The position numbers and the translations under genes are program-made. The notes beneath the pieces were generated by a model. It was not told the DNA's origin, ran no database searches, and was given only the letters and a program-made list of their open reading frames with translations. Positions 1-10,774 of a stretch of 64,000 nt of DNA are shown piece after piece (the stretch's first letter is position 1; every line of letters begins with the position of its first letter). The DNA comes from a virus. The stretch spans positions 45,141 through 109,140 of the IMG/VR virus record IMGVR_UViG_3300008108_002889. One strand, given 5' to 3'.

Positions 1-1
1 A

Positions 2-910
2 CCTTCCGTCGATATTAGTTTAAGAACTGTTAATTATGCAGATGTAAAAGATGTCAACGAAATTCCAGTAGGACCTTATCCACAACAAGTTATTGATGAA
101 GCCAATGAAGATTTAGAAAAATTTGTTGTTTTTTTAAAATCCTGCGGAGTAACTGTATTAAGACCAAACAAAAATGTTGTTCCTAATTACTATAACTATT
201 GTCCTAGAGACGGAGTGTTAGTACATGATAAATTAATTTTATCAACACCTCAACCATTAAAAGCAAGACACAATGAATATTTTGCCCTGCAAGAACATTT
301 TGAAAACAACTATGTTGTAACGATTGCTAGATGTTCGCATGACGAAGATTTATATAATTTAAAATGTCTTGGAGATCCTAACACACTAGCACTTAACGAG
401 ACTGAGCCAGCTTTTGATGCAGCTAACATTTTAAGAGACAATGATAATTTATACTATCTAGTCAGTAACAGTGGCAACAAGCAAGGCGCTGAGTATCTAC
501 AAGAGTTACTGCCTAATAACAAAGTTTGGACTATCGAAGGTGTGTATAGTTATATGCATTTAGACAGTACTATCGGGTTACTTCGCGAAGGCCTAATGTT
601 GTTAAATCCTGCTAGGATTAAAAGTATTGATCAGTTACCTAAACCATTACAGTCATGGGACTACATATGGTGTCCTGAACCTATTGATATTGGACATTAT
701 CCTGGTTACTGTAATGCTAGCACATGGATTAATATGAATTTGTTCAGTGTTAATCCTAATCTAGTTGCATTAGAAGAAAATCAACACAACCTACGTAAAG
801 AATTAGAAAAATATGGTATTGAATGTGCAATGCTACCAATGAGGCAACAGCGTACATTAGGTGGAGGCTTTCATTGTGTCACCCTTGACATACAAAGGAA
901 GCATACATGA
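2..910 (+). CDS. Amidinotransferase (glycine/inosamine-phosphate amidinotransferase family), 5'-truncated by window edge
   Basis: Frame is open from position 2 (PSVDISLRTVNY...YNYCPRDG), upstream of the ORF-track start at 215. Motifs CPRD, FDAAN, HLDST and C-terminal GGGFHC (catalytic Cys). Confidence 0.85.
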   Translation, partial: PSVDISLRTVNYADVKDVNEIPVGPYPQQVIDEANEDLEKFVVFLKSCGVTVLRPNKNVVPNYYNYCPRDGVLVHDKLILSTPQPLKARHNEYFALQEHFENNYVVTIARCSHDEDLYNLKCLGDPNTLALNETEPAFDAANILRDNDNLYYLVSNSGNKQGAEYLQELLPNNKVWTIEGVYSYMHLDSTIGLLREGLMLLNPARIKSIDQLPKPLQSWDYIWCPEPIDIGHYPGYCNASTWINMNLFSVNPNLVALEENQHNLRKELEKYGIECAMLPMRQQRTLGGGFHCVTLDIQRKHT

Positions 911-1407
911 ACTTTTATACTGGACATGTTAATCCTTTTTGGGATAAAAGTTATAGGACTTTTTCTTACGTTAAACAACCAGTAACTGAACAAGAAATTG
1001 CCCAGTGGAAAGAAAAAGGTTATGACTGTATAAAAAGTTTTACAGGATCAATGTATGACAGTAAAAACCCATTGCCAAGTTGGGTAGAAAAGTTTAACAA
1101 TATATTTGGTTTAAAAAATCAAACATATAATTTTTATAAAATGAGTACCCTAGAAATAATGCCTACTCATACTGACCATTTTAGAACTTATACTAAATTG
1201 TTTAATGCAGTTCCAACAAATGTCTGTAGAGTTTTAATTATGTTAGAAGATTGGCAACCCGGACATTATTTAGAAATAGCAGATGTTGGCTATGTAAATT
1301 GGAAAGCAGGCGACTATTTTTTCTGGCAATATGATGTTCCTCATGCAGCTAGTAATATAGGAGTAGAAGATAGATATACACTTCAGATTACAGGAGAACT
1401 GCTTTGA
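907..1407 (+). CDS. 2OG-Fe(II) oxygenase / cupin-fold protein
   Basis: HxD (PTHTD) and distal H (VPHAASN), ending RYTLQITG. Confidence 0.6.
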   Translation: MNFYTGHVNPFWDKSYRTFSYVKQPVTEQEIAQWKEKGYDCIKSFTGSMYDSKNPLPSWVEKFNNIFGLKNQTYNFYKMSTLEIMPTHTDHFRTYTKLFNAVPTNVCRVLIMLEDWQPGHYLEIADVGYVNWKAGDYFFWQYDVPHAASNIGVEDRYTLQITGELL

Positions 1408-2660
1408 TTACTAGCCCCCCTGAGCACGAATTAACACAACTACATTGGTTTAATATTCCGGGCATGTCAAACCGCGCTGAAACAGATGCAAATCTTTTTA
1501 TGAAGCAGGTTAGAAATTCTTCAGGCCTGGCTCCTCATGTGCCTGTGTTTGTTTACATGGGTAACGGAGAATTAACGGGATTAAAAAATATCAGTCATAG
1601 TATTGACGACATATCAATTATGAATAATTTAGGTTTGCATTTTTTCTTATACGAACCTATTTGTTCTCGTAAAGAACAGTATCATCACAACAGAGGATTT
1701 TACAGTGAATTTCCTTTTGAAACAAATGTACAAGAAATGCGAGCTGATGAGTTAGAAAGTATTAAAGAATATATTACACGTAATGGTTTAAAAAAAGTAA
1801 TAGTAAATACCTGTGATTACAAAGCAGCTCACTATCATCCACATTATACAAAGATGATGAAGTTAGTAACAAATGATCTATTTTTAAAAAATTATTCTTT
1901 ATTTGAGAGTTTTCCTAATAACAAATTTACTAAAAAATTTATTTGTGTAAATTGGCGATACACAAAACATCGTCATCTAATTACTGCATTCTTATCAACA
2001 GTTTCTTCTAACTACAGTTGGTATTTTAATTGTAATAACCAAGCATTTTCACATGATTTATTTTTTCCTCTACATCAATGGAAAAAAACAAATAAAGAAC
2101 TATATGATCAACTTAACTCTGGATTAGAAATTTTAAATTATCATTCTCCAGTATGTTTAGATATCAAAGCTAAAGCTTTAGTAGAAATAACTGATAATAC
2201 AGCATCTCATTATCCAGTGACAGATGATTATACTATCTATGAAACTCCTGCAATTAATAATCCTAGATTAAATCCATTAGAAAATTTTTACAATGATAGT
2301 TTTTGTGATGTAATTAATGAAACAAGATTTGCACAGCATTGTGGTAATTACAGCGAAAAATTATATCAAGCCATAAGATATAAGCGTCCTTTTATATTAG
2401 TAGCACCTCCTCATACTATAGAATATGCTAAAAGAATGGGCTTTAAAACATTTTCAGATTTTTGGGACGAAAGTTATGATCAAGAAACAAATCATGAAAA
2501 GCGTATTATAAAAATTTTAAATTTAATTAATTACATAAATTCAAAAAGTATTAATGAGTTAAGAGAAATTTATAATCAAATGCAGGAAGTATTAGATCAT
2601 AACTATCACTGTTTGTTAGAAAAAACAACTTTTAAAACAGTACAGAGGTTAGAGAAATGA
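1404..2660 (+). CDS. Glycosyltransferase-like (GT-B-like C-terminus) phage protein
   Basis: C-terminal INET...SEK...RPFIL...GFKTFSDFWDESYD pattern typical of phage GT-like proteins in modification operons. Confidence 0.45.
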   Translation: MITSPPEHELTQLHWFNIPGMSNRAETDANLFMKQVRNSSGLAPHVPVFVYMGNGELTGLKNISHSIDDISIMNNLGLHFFLYEPICSRKEQYHHNRGFYSEFPFETNVQEMRADELESIKEYITRNGLKKVIVNTCDYKAAHYHPHYTKMMKLVTNDLFLKNYSLFESFPNNKFTKKFICVNWRYTKHRHLITAFLSTVSSNYSWYFNCNNQAFSHDLFFPLHQWKKTNKELYDQLNSGLEILNYHSPVCLDIKAKALVEITDNTASHYPVTDDYTIYETPAINNPRLNPLENFYNDSFCDVINETRFAQHCGNYSEKLYQAIRYKRPFILVAPPHTIEYAKRMGFKTFSDFWDESYDQETNHEKRIIKILNLINYINSKSINELREIYNQMQEVLDHNYHCLLEKTTFKTVQRLEK

Positions 2661-3388
2661 AAGAAAAAGTTATGCTCATCTCTGGATGTAGTCATGCAGC
2701 CGGCTCAGAAATAGATGGAAAATTAGATTCTGATTTTAACAGAAATAACTCATTCGGGAACTTATTAGCAAGTATGTTGGGTCGTAGACCTATTAATATT
2801 TCGTCTCCGGGATCGGCTAATCCTACTATAGCTAGGTCTGTACTAGAATGGTTGCATAAAGAATATGACGTATCAACTATGGATTTGTTTATATGCGTTG
2901 CATGGACTGAAAGTATACGTATGGAAATACCTTCAGAGCTAGGAACAAAATACATTATATCTGAAACTAACTCTTGGTTTGGAAACACTAATAATGTATT
3001 CTATAGATTAAATCCTGGATTTAACGGAAACGCTGATTGGGAAAAACGTATAATACCATTCTATCAAAAGTTCATGGCATCAAATCAATCATATTTAGAA
3101 ATACAAAGTTTAAATCTTGCTCACCAAATGCAATCTTATTTTAAGTCAATGGACATTCCTTATGTCATGTGTAATACTATGCACTTTGCTAAAAGAGATC
3201 GATGGACTGACTTTTACTTAAAATTAATAGACGGATCCCGTTACATGGACTTTGATAATTCTTACAATGCCTTTTATCCCAAGTATGTGAGAGAAGGACA
3301 TCAAAACTCACTGGCGCAGTATTGGCATCATGGAGGAAAACCTCACGAGCTCTACGCAAAAGAGCTATATAAGTTTATTACCTGGTAG
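2657..3388 (+). CDS. SGNH/GDSL hydrolase-like (acyl esterase/transferase)
   Basis: N-terminal GCSHAAG block, G-S-A-N block, C-terminal WHHG..PH. Confidence 0.55.
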   Translation: MKEKVMLISGCSHAAGSEIDGKLDSDFNRNNSFGNLLASMLGRRPINISSPGSANPTIARSVLEWLHKEYDVSTMDLFICVAWTESIRMEIPSELGTKYIISETNSWFGNTNNVFYRLNPGFNGNADWEKRIIPFYQKFMASNQSYLEIQSLNLAHQMQSYFKSMDIPYVMCNTMHFAKRDRWTDFYLKLIDGSRYMDFDNSYNAFYPKYVREGHQNSLAQYWHHGGKPHELYAKELYKFITW

Positions 3389-3394
3389 AATGAT

Positions 3395-6300
3395 ATGTAC
3401 GATATTTTTGTTATTGGAAACAATCCAAACTGGAAAACTATCAAATCAAAATATCCGTTTGCTAAAAAAGCCAAAAATTTTGACGAAGCTAAATCAAAAG
3501 CCCTTACTGCTATGTTCTGGACAGTATGGGACGATATAGAATTAAAAGAAGATTTTGATTTTTCTTCGTATTCAATTCCTAAATGGGATGAAGAATATGT
3601 GCATATTTTTAAAAATAACGAATATTTTGATGGATTGTCTTTGATCCCTCGTCACAAGTATATTAGTGACAGAGAATTAAAATATAGATTTTTCACTGAT
3701 AAAAAAGAAATTGATTTAGTAGCAAGTTGTCCTAAACGCTACGATATTTTTTATGTAGACACATATGAAGAATATTGCGAAGCATTAGAAAATTCAACTA
3801 CTGATTTGTTTTGGTTAGTGCCTAGCGATGTTGATGTTGTTGACGAGTTTAAGTTTGATCTGTATTTCAGTCACCATAACAGTTACGAGAGACAAGAAAA
3901 TCATATGTTTCTCAACGGTGACACCTATGATGGTATTATACTAGCGTCGAAATTTAAACCAATAAGCGAACGAGAGTTCAAATATAGATTTTTAAGCGAT
4001 CGAAAAGAGTGGGAAATTCTTGCCAGTCGACCTAAAGAATTTGAAAAGTTTAATATTAAGACCTACGAAGATTATCTATCTGCCTGTGATCAATCAACAA
4101 CAGATATGTTCTGGGGTGTTTGGTATGATATAGAAATTGTAGAAGATTTTACCTTTGATTATTATGCACCTCGTTATAATCAACACATTACGCACATTTT
4201 TAAGAACGGTGATCACTACGATGGACTTTGCCTGTTCAGCAAGCATAATAAAGTAAGTGATAAAGAATTTAAGTATAGGTTCTTTAATGAAAAGAAAGAA
4301 GTTGACTACGTAGCCAGTTATCCTAAACCCTACGATAAGTTCAACATAGATACCTACGAAGAATATCTAGAAGCTATAGATAACTCAACAACTGACATGT
4401 TCTGGATAGTACCATCCAGTCTAAAAATATTAGACAATTTTAAACTTGACCTATACTACACACATCATGACACATATAATAGAACTATCAATCATGTGTT
4501 TAGAAACGGTGATTTTTATGACGGCATTATGCTAACTCCTAGAGAACAGGAAATTAGCAAAAAAGAATTCAATTCATGGTTTGTTATCAATAGAAAAGAA
4601 CACGATGAATTAGCCAGTATGCCAACAGCGTTTGATAAATTTGAAATTACTACATACAATGATTATCTAACAGCAGTGGAGAAATCTACAACAGGTATGT
4701 TCTGGGCTATATGGACTGATGTTAATGTAGTTGAAGATTTTGAATTTGATTATTATGTTCCTCGTTATAATCAACATATAACTCATGTGTTTAAAAACGG
4801 CGAGTATCTAGATGGCGTATGTTTGTTCAGCAAGCATTATCAAATTAGCAAAAAAGAATTTAAGTATAGATTCTTCAATGAAAAGAAAGAAGTAGATTAC
4901 ATAGCAAGTTATCCTAAACCATATGATAAATTTATTGTAGACACATACGAGCAATATTTAGAAGCTAAAACACAGACAACAACAGACATGTTTTATATGA
5001 TTCCAAGCGATGTTAACGTATTGGAAGATTTTAAATTTAATGTACAATGTACACGATATGAAAATCATGCGTTGTTAAATGGCGATTACTATGATGGTAT
5101 TTTTTTAGTAAGCAAATATATAGAAATTTCACAGAAAGAAATTACTAATAAGTTTATCATAGATAGAAAAGAAGAAGAGATACTTGCCAGTTCTCCAGTT
5201 AAGTTTGAAGTATGGTATATTAATTCTTTTGAAGAATATCTCACAGCCTGTGAACAATCTAAAACAAGTATGTTTTGGTGTGTATGGCCGGATGTTAATG
5301 TAGTTGAAGACTTTGACTTTGACTACTACGTTCCACGTTACAATCAACATATCACTCATGTATTTAAAAATGGCGAGCACTGGGACGGTGTCTGCCTGTT
5401 TAGCAAGTATAATAAAGTAAGCGAACGAGAATTCAAATATAGATTCTTTACTGATAAAAAAGAAGTTGATTATACTATTAGCTATCCTAAAAATTATGAC
5501 ATATTCTATGTTAACACATACGAAGAATACGTAGATGCTGCACAATCTGCGACTACAGATCTATTCTGGTTAATACCAAATGATGTTGTAGTGGTCAATG
5601 ACTACAAATTTGATTTATATTTTAGTCATCATGATACATACAGCCGCCAAGAAAATCATATGTTTCTCAACGGTGACACATATGATGGTGTTATTTTAGC
5701 CAGCAAGTCTACACCAATAAGTGAACGAGAATTTACTTACAGATTTTTAAATGAAAGAAAAGAGTGGGATATACTTGTAAGTAGACCTCAACTCTTTGAT
5801 AAATTTTACATTAAAACATACGAACAATATCTTAATGCCTGTAAGGAATCTAACAGCAACATGTTCTGGTGCGTATGGCATGATGTTGATGTAGTTGAAG
5901 ACTTTGATTTTAATTACTATGTGCCTAAATATAATCAACACATTACGCACATTTTTAAGAACGGTGATCATTTTGATGGTATCTGTTTATTCAGTAAACA
6001 TTTACCTGTAAGTGAACGAGAATTCAAATATAGATTCTTTACTGAAAAGAAAGAAATTGACTACGTAGCAAGTTATCCTAAACAGTATGATATATTTTAT
6101 ATTGACAGTTATGATGAATATTTAAATGCAGTAGACGAATCTCTTACAGATTTATTTTATATAGTTCCTAGCGATGTTATTACAGTTGACGAATTTAAAT
6201 TTGATCTTTATTTTAGCTATCATAACAGTTACGATAGAGAAGAAAATCATATGTTCCTCAATGGCGACACCTATGACGGTATTATACTTGCTAGCAAGTT

Positions 6301-8263
6301 TAAATCAATAAGTGAACGAGAATTTAAACATAGATTTTTACCAGATAAAAAAGAATGGGAAATACTTGCAAGCAGACCAAAAGAATTTAATAGATTCGTT
6401 AACATCAAAACCTACGATGATTATCTCAATGCAGTAAAACAATCGACTACAGATATGTTTTGGTGTGTTTGGTATGATATAGATTTAGTTGAAGACTTTG
6501 ACTTTGACTACTATGTTCCACGTTACAATCAACACATCACTCACGTATTTAAAAATGACGAGCACTGGGACGGTATATGCTTGATGTCAAAACATGAGTT
6601 AGTTACTGAACGAGAATTTAATTATAGATTCTTTAGTGAAAAGAAAGAAATAGAATTAGTAGCTAGTACTCCTAAACCGTATGACATATTCTATATTAAC
6701 AAGTATTCAGAATATCTCAATGCTGTTGAAACTTCAAATACTGATTTGTTCTGGATAGTACCTAACGATGTTGAAATTGTCAATGGGTTTAACTTTGATC
6801 TTTATTTTAGCTATCATAACAGTTACGATAGAGAAGAAAATCACGTATTTAAAAACGGTGATACCTATGACGGAGTTATACTTGCTAGTAAGAAAAAACT
6901 TATTTCAGAAAAAGAATTTAATTTTAGATATCTAACTGATCGCAAAGAATGGATGGAGTTGGCTAGTAGACCTAAAATGTTCGATAAGTTCAATATTTCT
7001 ACATACAAAGATTATGTTCAAGCATGTGATTTATCTGAATCTAATATGTTCTGGGGTATATGGACTGACGTTGACGTAGTTGAAGACTTTGACTTCGACT
7101 ACTATGTTCCACGATATAATCAACACATCACTCACATATTTAAAAACGGAGAACATTGGGATGGTATCTGTTTGTTCAGCAAGGATGTACTAGTATCTGA
7201 AAAAGAATTTAAGTATAGATTCTTTAGTGAAAAGAAAGAAATAGAATTAGTAGCTAGCTATCCAAAGAAATATGATACATTTACAGTAACTACATATAGA
7301 GATTATCTAACAGCATTAGAAAAATCAACTACTGACTTGTTCTGGATGGTACCTAGTGAAGTAGAGCCTCTTGATACATTTGCCTTTGATACATATTTTA
7401 GTCATCACAATACCTATGACAGAAATATGAATCACAGTTTTAAACACCTATTTAGAGGTGAAGAAAACTATAATGGTATTAACTTAATGAGCAAGCATGT
7501 TCCAATTACTGAAAAAGAAATCACATTCCGTTATATTGTAGAAAAGAAAGAATGGGATATCACAGCCAGTAAAGTTAAACCCTATGACATTGTGTTTATC
7601 AGTTATAACGAAAGTAATGCTGACGAAAACTTTGATAGAGTTAAAACACTATATCCAAGAGTCAAACGTGTACATGGAGTTAAAGGCATTCACCAGGCAC
7701 ACATCAAAGCAGCCGAACAGGCAGGTACAGATAACTTCTGGGTAGTTGACGGTGACGCAGTTGTAGTTGATGACTTCAAGTTTGACTATGAAATACCTGT
7801 ATGGGAACATGATACTGTACATGTATGGCGCAGTCAAAACCCAGTTAATAATCTAGTCTACGGTTACGGTGGTGTTAAACTATTGCCTAGACAACTTACA
7901 TTAGATATGGATGTAACTCGTCCCGATATGACAACCAGTATCAGTGACAAGTTTAAACCTGTTCAAGTGGTCAGTAACATAACTTCTTTTAACACAGATG
8001 AGTTTTCAACTTGGAAGTCAGCATTCCGTGAATGTGCTAAACTAGCAGGTAAAACAATTGATCGTCAGGTAGATGCAGAAACTGAAGAACGTTTGAATGT
8101 ATGGTGTACAGAAGGTGCAGACAAGCCCTATGGTGAATTTGCCATAAAAGGCGCACTCGCCGGACGTAAGTTTGCTACAGAACATCCAGAGAACTTATTT
8201 AAGATTAATGACTTTGATTGGTTATACGAGCAATTTTTAAATGAGAAAAATAACAGTAAGTGA
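3395..8263 (+). CDS. Giant repeat protein: 14 degenerate ~97-aa GT-A-like modules plus one intact C-terminal GT-A-like domain
   Basis: Repeats visible in the translation. The terminal domain (YDIVFISYNE...RVHGVKGIHQAH...VVDGD...YGYGGVKL) has a DxD motif. Confidence 0.75.
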   Translation: MYDIFVIGNNPNWKTIKSKYPFAKKAKNFDEAKSKALTAMFWTVWDDIELKEDFDFSSYSIPKWDEEYVHIFKNNEYFDGLSLIPRHKYISDRELKYRFFTDKKEIDLVASCPKRYDIFYVDTYEEYCEALENSTTDLFWLVPSDVDVVDEFKFDLYFSHHNSYERQENHMFLNGDTYDGIILASKFKPISEREFKYRFLSDRKEWEILASRPKEFEKFNIKTYEDYLSACDQSTTDMFWGVWYDIEIVEDFTFDYYAPRYNQHITHIFKNGDHYDGLCLFSKHNKVSDKEFKYRFFNEKKEVDYVASYPKPYDKFNIDTYEEYLEAIDNSTTDMFWIVPSSLKILDNFKLDLYYTHHDTYNRTINHVFRNGDFYDGIMLTPREQEISKKEFNSWFVINRKEHDELASMPTAFDKFEITTYNDYLTAVEKSTTGMFWAIWTDVNVVEDFEFDYYVPRYNQHITHVFKNGEYLDGVCLFSKHYQISKKEFKYRFFNEKKEVDYIASYPKPYDKFIVDTYEQYLEAKTQTTTDMFYMIPSDVNVLEDFKFNVQCTRYENHALLNGDYYDGIFLVSKYIEISQKEITNKFIIDRKEEEILASSPVKFEVWYINSFEEYLTACEQSKTSMFWCVWPDVNVVEDFDFDYYVPRYNQHITHVFKNGEHWDGVCLFSKYNKVSEREFKYRFFTDKKEVDYTISYPKNYDIFYVNTYEEYVDAAQSATTDLFWLIPNDVVVVNDYKFDLYFSHHDTYSRQENHMFLNGDTYDGVILASKSTPISEREFTYRFLNERKEWDILVSRPQLFDKFYIKTYEQYLNACKESNSNMFWCVWHDVDVVEDFDFNYYVPKYNQHITHIFKNGDHFDGICLFSKHLPVSEREFKYRFFTEKKEIDYVASYPKQYDIFYIDSYDEYLNAVDESLTDLFYIVPSDVITVDEFKFDLYFSYHNSYDREENHMFLNGDTYDGIILASKFKSISEREFKHRFLPDKKEWEILASRPKEFNRFVNIKTYDDYLNAVKQSTTDMFWCVWYDIDLVEDFDFDYYVPRYNQHITHVFKNDEHWDGICLMSKHELVTEREFNYRFFSEKKEIELVASTPKPYDIFYINKYSEYLNAVETSNTDLFWIVPNDVEIVNGFNFDLYFSYHNSYDREENHVFKNGDTYDGVILASKKKLISEKEFNFRYLTDRKEWMELASRPKMFDKFNISTYKDYVQACDLSESNMFWGIWTDVDVVEDFDFDYYVPRYNQHITHIFKNGEHWDGICLFSKDVLVSEKEFKYRFFSEKKEIELVASYPKKYDTFTVTTYRDYLTALEKSTTDLFWMVPSEVEPLDTFAFDTYFSHHNTYDRNMNHSFKHLFRGEENYNGINLMSKHVPITEKEITFRYIVEKKEWDITASKVKPYDIVFISYNESNADENFDRVKTLYPRVKRVHGVKGIHQAHIKAAEQAGTDNFWVVDGDAVVVDDFKFDYEIPVWEHDTVHVWRSQNPVNNLVYGYGGVKLLPRQLTLDMDVTRPDMTTSISDKFKPVQVVSNITSFNTDEFSTWKSAFRECAKLAGKTIDRQVDAETEERLNVWCTEGADKPYGEFAIKGALAGRKFATEHPENLFKINDFDWLYEQFLNEKNNSK

Positions 8264-9170
8264 ATACGATGTAATCTATATTAGTTACGATGAGCCTAAC
8301 GCTGATCGTAACTATGCTGCCTTGTGTAATAAAATACCTTGGGCCAAAAGAGTACATGGAGTTAAGGGTTCAGATGCCGCACACAAAGCCGCGGCAAAGT
8401 TATCCACAACTGATAGATTTATTACTATAGACGGAGACAATGTACTTACAGGAAAGTTTCTTAATCAAGTAATAGAAGTTCCTAACGATATTAATTTTGA
8501 AAATTGTGTAATCAGTTGGCCTAGTTATAATGTTATCAACGGACTCATGTACGGCAATGGTGGCATTAAATGTTGGCCAAGACATGTAGTAGAAGGTATG
8601 CGTACACACGAACTTGCTGACGCTGACAATGTTAAAAGTCAAATAGACTTTTGTTGGGATTTAGAATATTTGCCACTGGATAAAAGTTTCAGTGAGATAC
8701 ACAATAACGGCAGTGCCCTACAAGCATGGAGAGCAGGATTCCGTGAAGGTGTAAAAATGAGTCTAGAGCAAGGCCAACGAGTCAAACATTTAAAAGATGT
8801 ATGGCCGGGTAATTATCAAAGGTTAGGTATTTGGTCAATGGTAGGTGCAGATGTAGAACACGGTATTTGGAGTATACTAGGAGCTCGCCAAGGCTGCTAC
8901 ATGACACACTTTACTGATTGGAATTTTATCAATGTTCGAAACTTTGATTATCTCAATGCATTCTTCTATGATAGAGTTAAAGGTGAAGATCCTTTAGAAC
9001 TAGCCAAAAAAATTGGGAACCTCATTAAACACGAGCTTCCCATAGATGATCCGTTAACAGCTATTCAAAGTAAATGGTTTAAAACATTTAATTTTAATAT
9101 AACTAGAAAATCAGATAATGTGCAACATTACAGTGATTTAGACAACGGAAATATTTCTGCAATTACTTGA
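8241..9170 (+). CDS. GT-A-like glycosyltransferase, paralog of the terminal domain of the preceding gene
   Basis: ISYDEPNAD...RVHGVKGSDAAH...TIDGDN...YGNGGIKCW...AWRAGFREG. Confidence 0.65.
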   Translation: MRKITVSEYDVIYISYDEPNADRNYAALCNKIPWAKRVHGVKGSDAAHKAAAKLSTTDRFITIDGDNVLTGKFLNQVIEVPNDINFENCVISWPSYNVINGLMYGNGGIKCWPRHVVEGMRTHELADADNVKSQIDFCWDLEYLPLDKSFSEIHNNGSALQAWRAGFREGVKMSLEQGQRVKHLKDVWPGNYQRLGIWSMVGADVEHGIWSILGARQGCYMTHFTDWNFINVRNFDYLNAFFYDRVKGEDPLELAKKIGNLIKHELPIDDPLTAIQSKWFKTFNFNITRKSDNVQHYSDLDNGNISAIT

Positions 9171-9808
9171 CCGCAAATTTGAGCAATTTCCATATGTTCT
9201 TTTTGCGTACCATTAGCACTACGTAATTCAATGTAGTGCATCCAGCTACGCAGAGTACCATTCATATACATACGACTCATTGTAAGACCTTCGGGCAATA
9301 ATGCACGGGCTTGTTCTTTAGCAATGCCGTTAGCAATAGCCCATTTGTATTCTTTTTCTACAGCATATAAAACACGCTTCTGAGCACGTTCCCATTCGTA
9401 GGCCAATAATTTTTGTTGTTCGTCTTGCATGTCAAACTCAACAGAGTTTTGACGATTTTTACTATCTTGAAAACGTGCTTCACGCAGAGTAAATGCTTCG
9501 CCAATTTCTTTAGTTGGATCCGCATATCGTTGACTAAACTCTTGGAAGCTAAAACTTCTATGACGCAGAACTTGTCGGGCAATATCTCTAGTGGTTTCAA
9601 TTTCAATACAAACTGAAACCATTTCGAGTGGCGACCAATGTTGGTGTTTGATCAAATATTTGATGAGTTTTTCGCTAGTCTCTGTGTTAAATTGATTACT
9701 AGGATTACTTACTCTCGCACAAAATGCTACTAGATCTAGTGCATCGTTGATGTTTTGATTGCGAAATTCTTCTGTAGGTTGACTATATGAAACGAGTCTG
9801 ACTTTCAT
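9128..9808 (-). CDS. thyX: FAD-dependent thymidylate synthase
   Basis: ThyX motif RHRSFSFQEFSQRY, HWSPLE, KEQARALLP. Confidence 0.95.
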   Translation of the reverse strand: MKVRLVSYSQPTEEFRNQNINDALDLVAFCARVSNPSNQFNTETSEKLIKYLIKHQHWSPLEMVSVCIEIETTRDIARQVLRHRSFSFQEFSQRYADPTKEIGEAFTLREARFQDSKNRQNSVEFDMQDEQQKLLAYEWERAQKRVLYAVEKEYKWAIANGIAKEQARALLPEGLTMSRMYMNGTLRSWMHYIELRSANGTQKEHMEIAQICGQVIAEIFPLSKSL

Positions 9809-10122
9809 TTTAACTTTCTTTTATTTAAAAAACGTTTAGTATGTCTAGTAATGTCTTTTTTAATTCTGTCTGTGTCGAGCCGAAAATCTATATTTTCAAT
9901 ATTTGATTCGTATTCTTTAATTATTTCTTTGATGTGGGATTCAAAGGAATCCCAATCGTCAGTCATAATTTTATTAGCTCTTATTTCCCAAACTTTTGCA
10001 TTTTTAAATGTAATAGTTATAGTATGCAAGTATGTCAGTGGAAGTACATTACATGTAATCTCACCAAACACTTCTGGCCATATATCTATTACATCTTTGG
10101 GCAGTGGTTTCCCATTACGCAC
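9805..10122 (-). CDS. Hypothetical protein
   Basis: Likely GTG start at 10122 overlapping the upstream stop; the ORF track extends further 5'. Confidence 0.6.
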   Translation of the reverse strand: MRNGKPLPKDVIDIWPEVFGEITCNVLPLTYLHTITITFKNAKVWEIRANKIMTDDWDSFESHIKEIIKEYESNIENIDFRLDTDRIKKDITRHTKRFLNKRKLK

Positions 10123-10765
10123 TTTTCTTTTTAGTGGGGACAAGTTCTTCGGCCATTCGTCTAAATTGAGCTGCTTCTTTGGCCAATTTATCCGCCTTGC
10201 CTCGATAGAATTTTGCCTTTTCTTCGGCTGGTGCATTTTCGTTTAGAGCATTTACTGCTGGTTGTTCATCTTGGGTAACGCTAGCAGATGTTGTTCTTGC
10301 GACATTGTCATTACTAGTGTTGTTGGATATATCCTTGACTGTGGCAATCTCAGACACTTCGACCTTATTACTGTTAAGCTCTTTAACTGCTAAATCATCA
10401 ATAGCCACGCCTCGTTGTTGAGCAATAACTGCGTTCAACTCGTCTAATCCAATCTTTGCTTGGAAGTTAGGTGTCATTTCGATTGCATCAGTTGGTAGTC
10501 GAACTAGACGACCTTGCGTGTGTAACGCAGGCAGCATAGTACTACCGTCTGAGAATTTGGCTCGAGAAAGTACTTCAGCAAATTCGTTAGAACTTTGCCC
10601 GGATGCAGATTCAACTAATTGAATAAGTGCATCGTGATAATCATCAGGTAAGTTTTCTGTTGGTACTACTAGGCAGTGATATGCATCACCGGGTAAAGTT
10701 CTAAAAGCTACAAGACATTTTCTTCCTGTGGCTTTTATTCTACCTACGTGTTTAAGATCTACCAT
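10115..10765 (-). CDS. Hypothetical protein
   Basis: Long ORF with AGGAG RBS. Confidence 0.75.
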   Translation of the reverse strand: MVDLKHVGRIKATGRKCLVAFRTLPGDAYHCLVVPTENLPDDYHDALIQLVESASGQSSNEFAEVLSRAKFSDGSTMLPALHTQGRLVRLPTDAIEMTPNFQAKIGLDELNAVIAQQRGVAIDDLAVKELNSNKVEVSEIATVKDISNNTSNDNVARTTSASVTQDEQPAVNALNENAPAEEKAKFYRGKADKLAKEAAQFRRMAEELVPTKKKSA

Positions 10766-10774
10766 AATATCTCC

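Noticed and set aside
3395-8263. Diversity-generating retroelement TR/VR pairs
   Set aside because: Differences between repeats are not adenine-specific, all copies are coding, and no reverse transcriptase is in the window.
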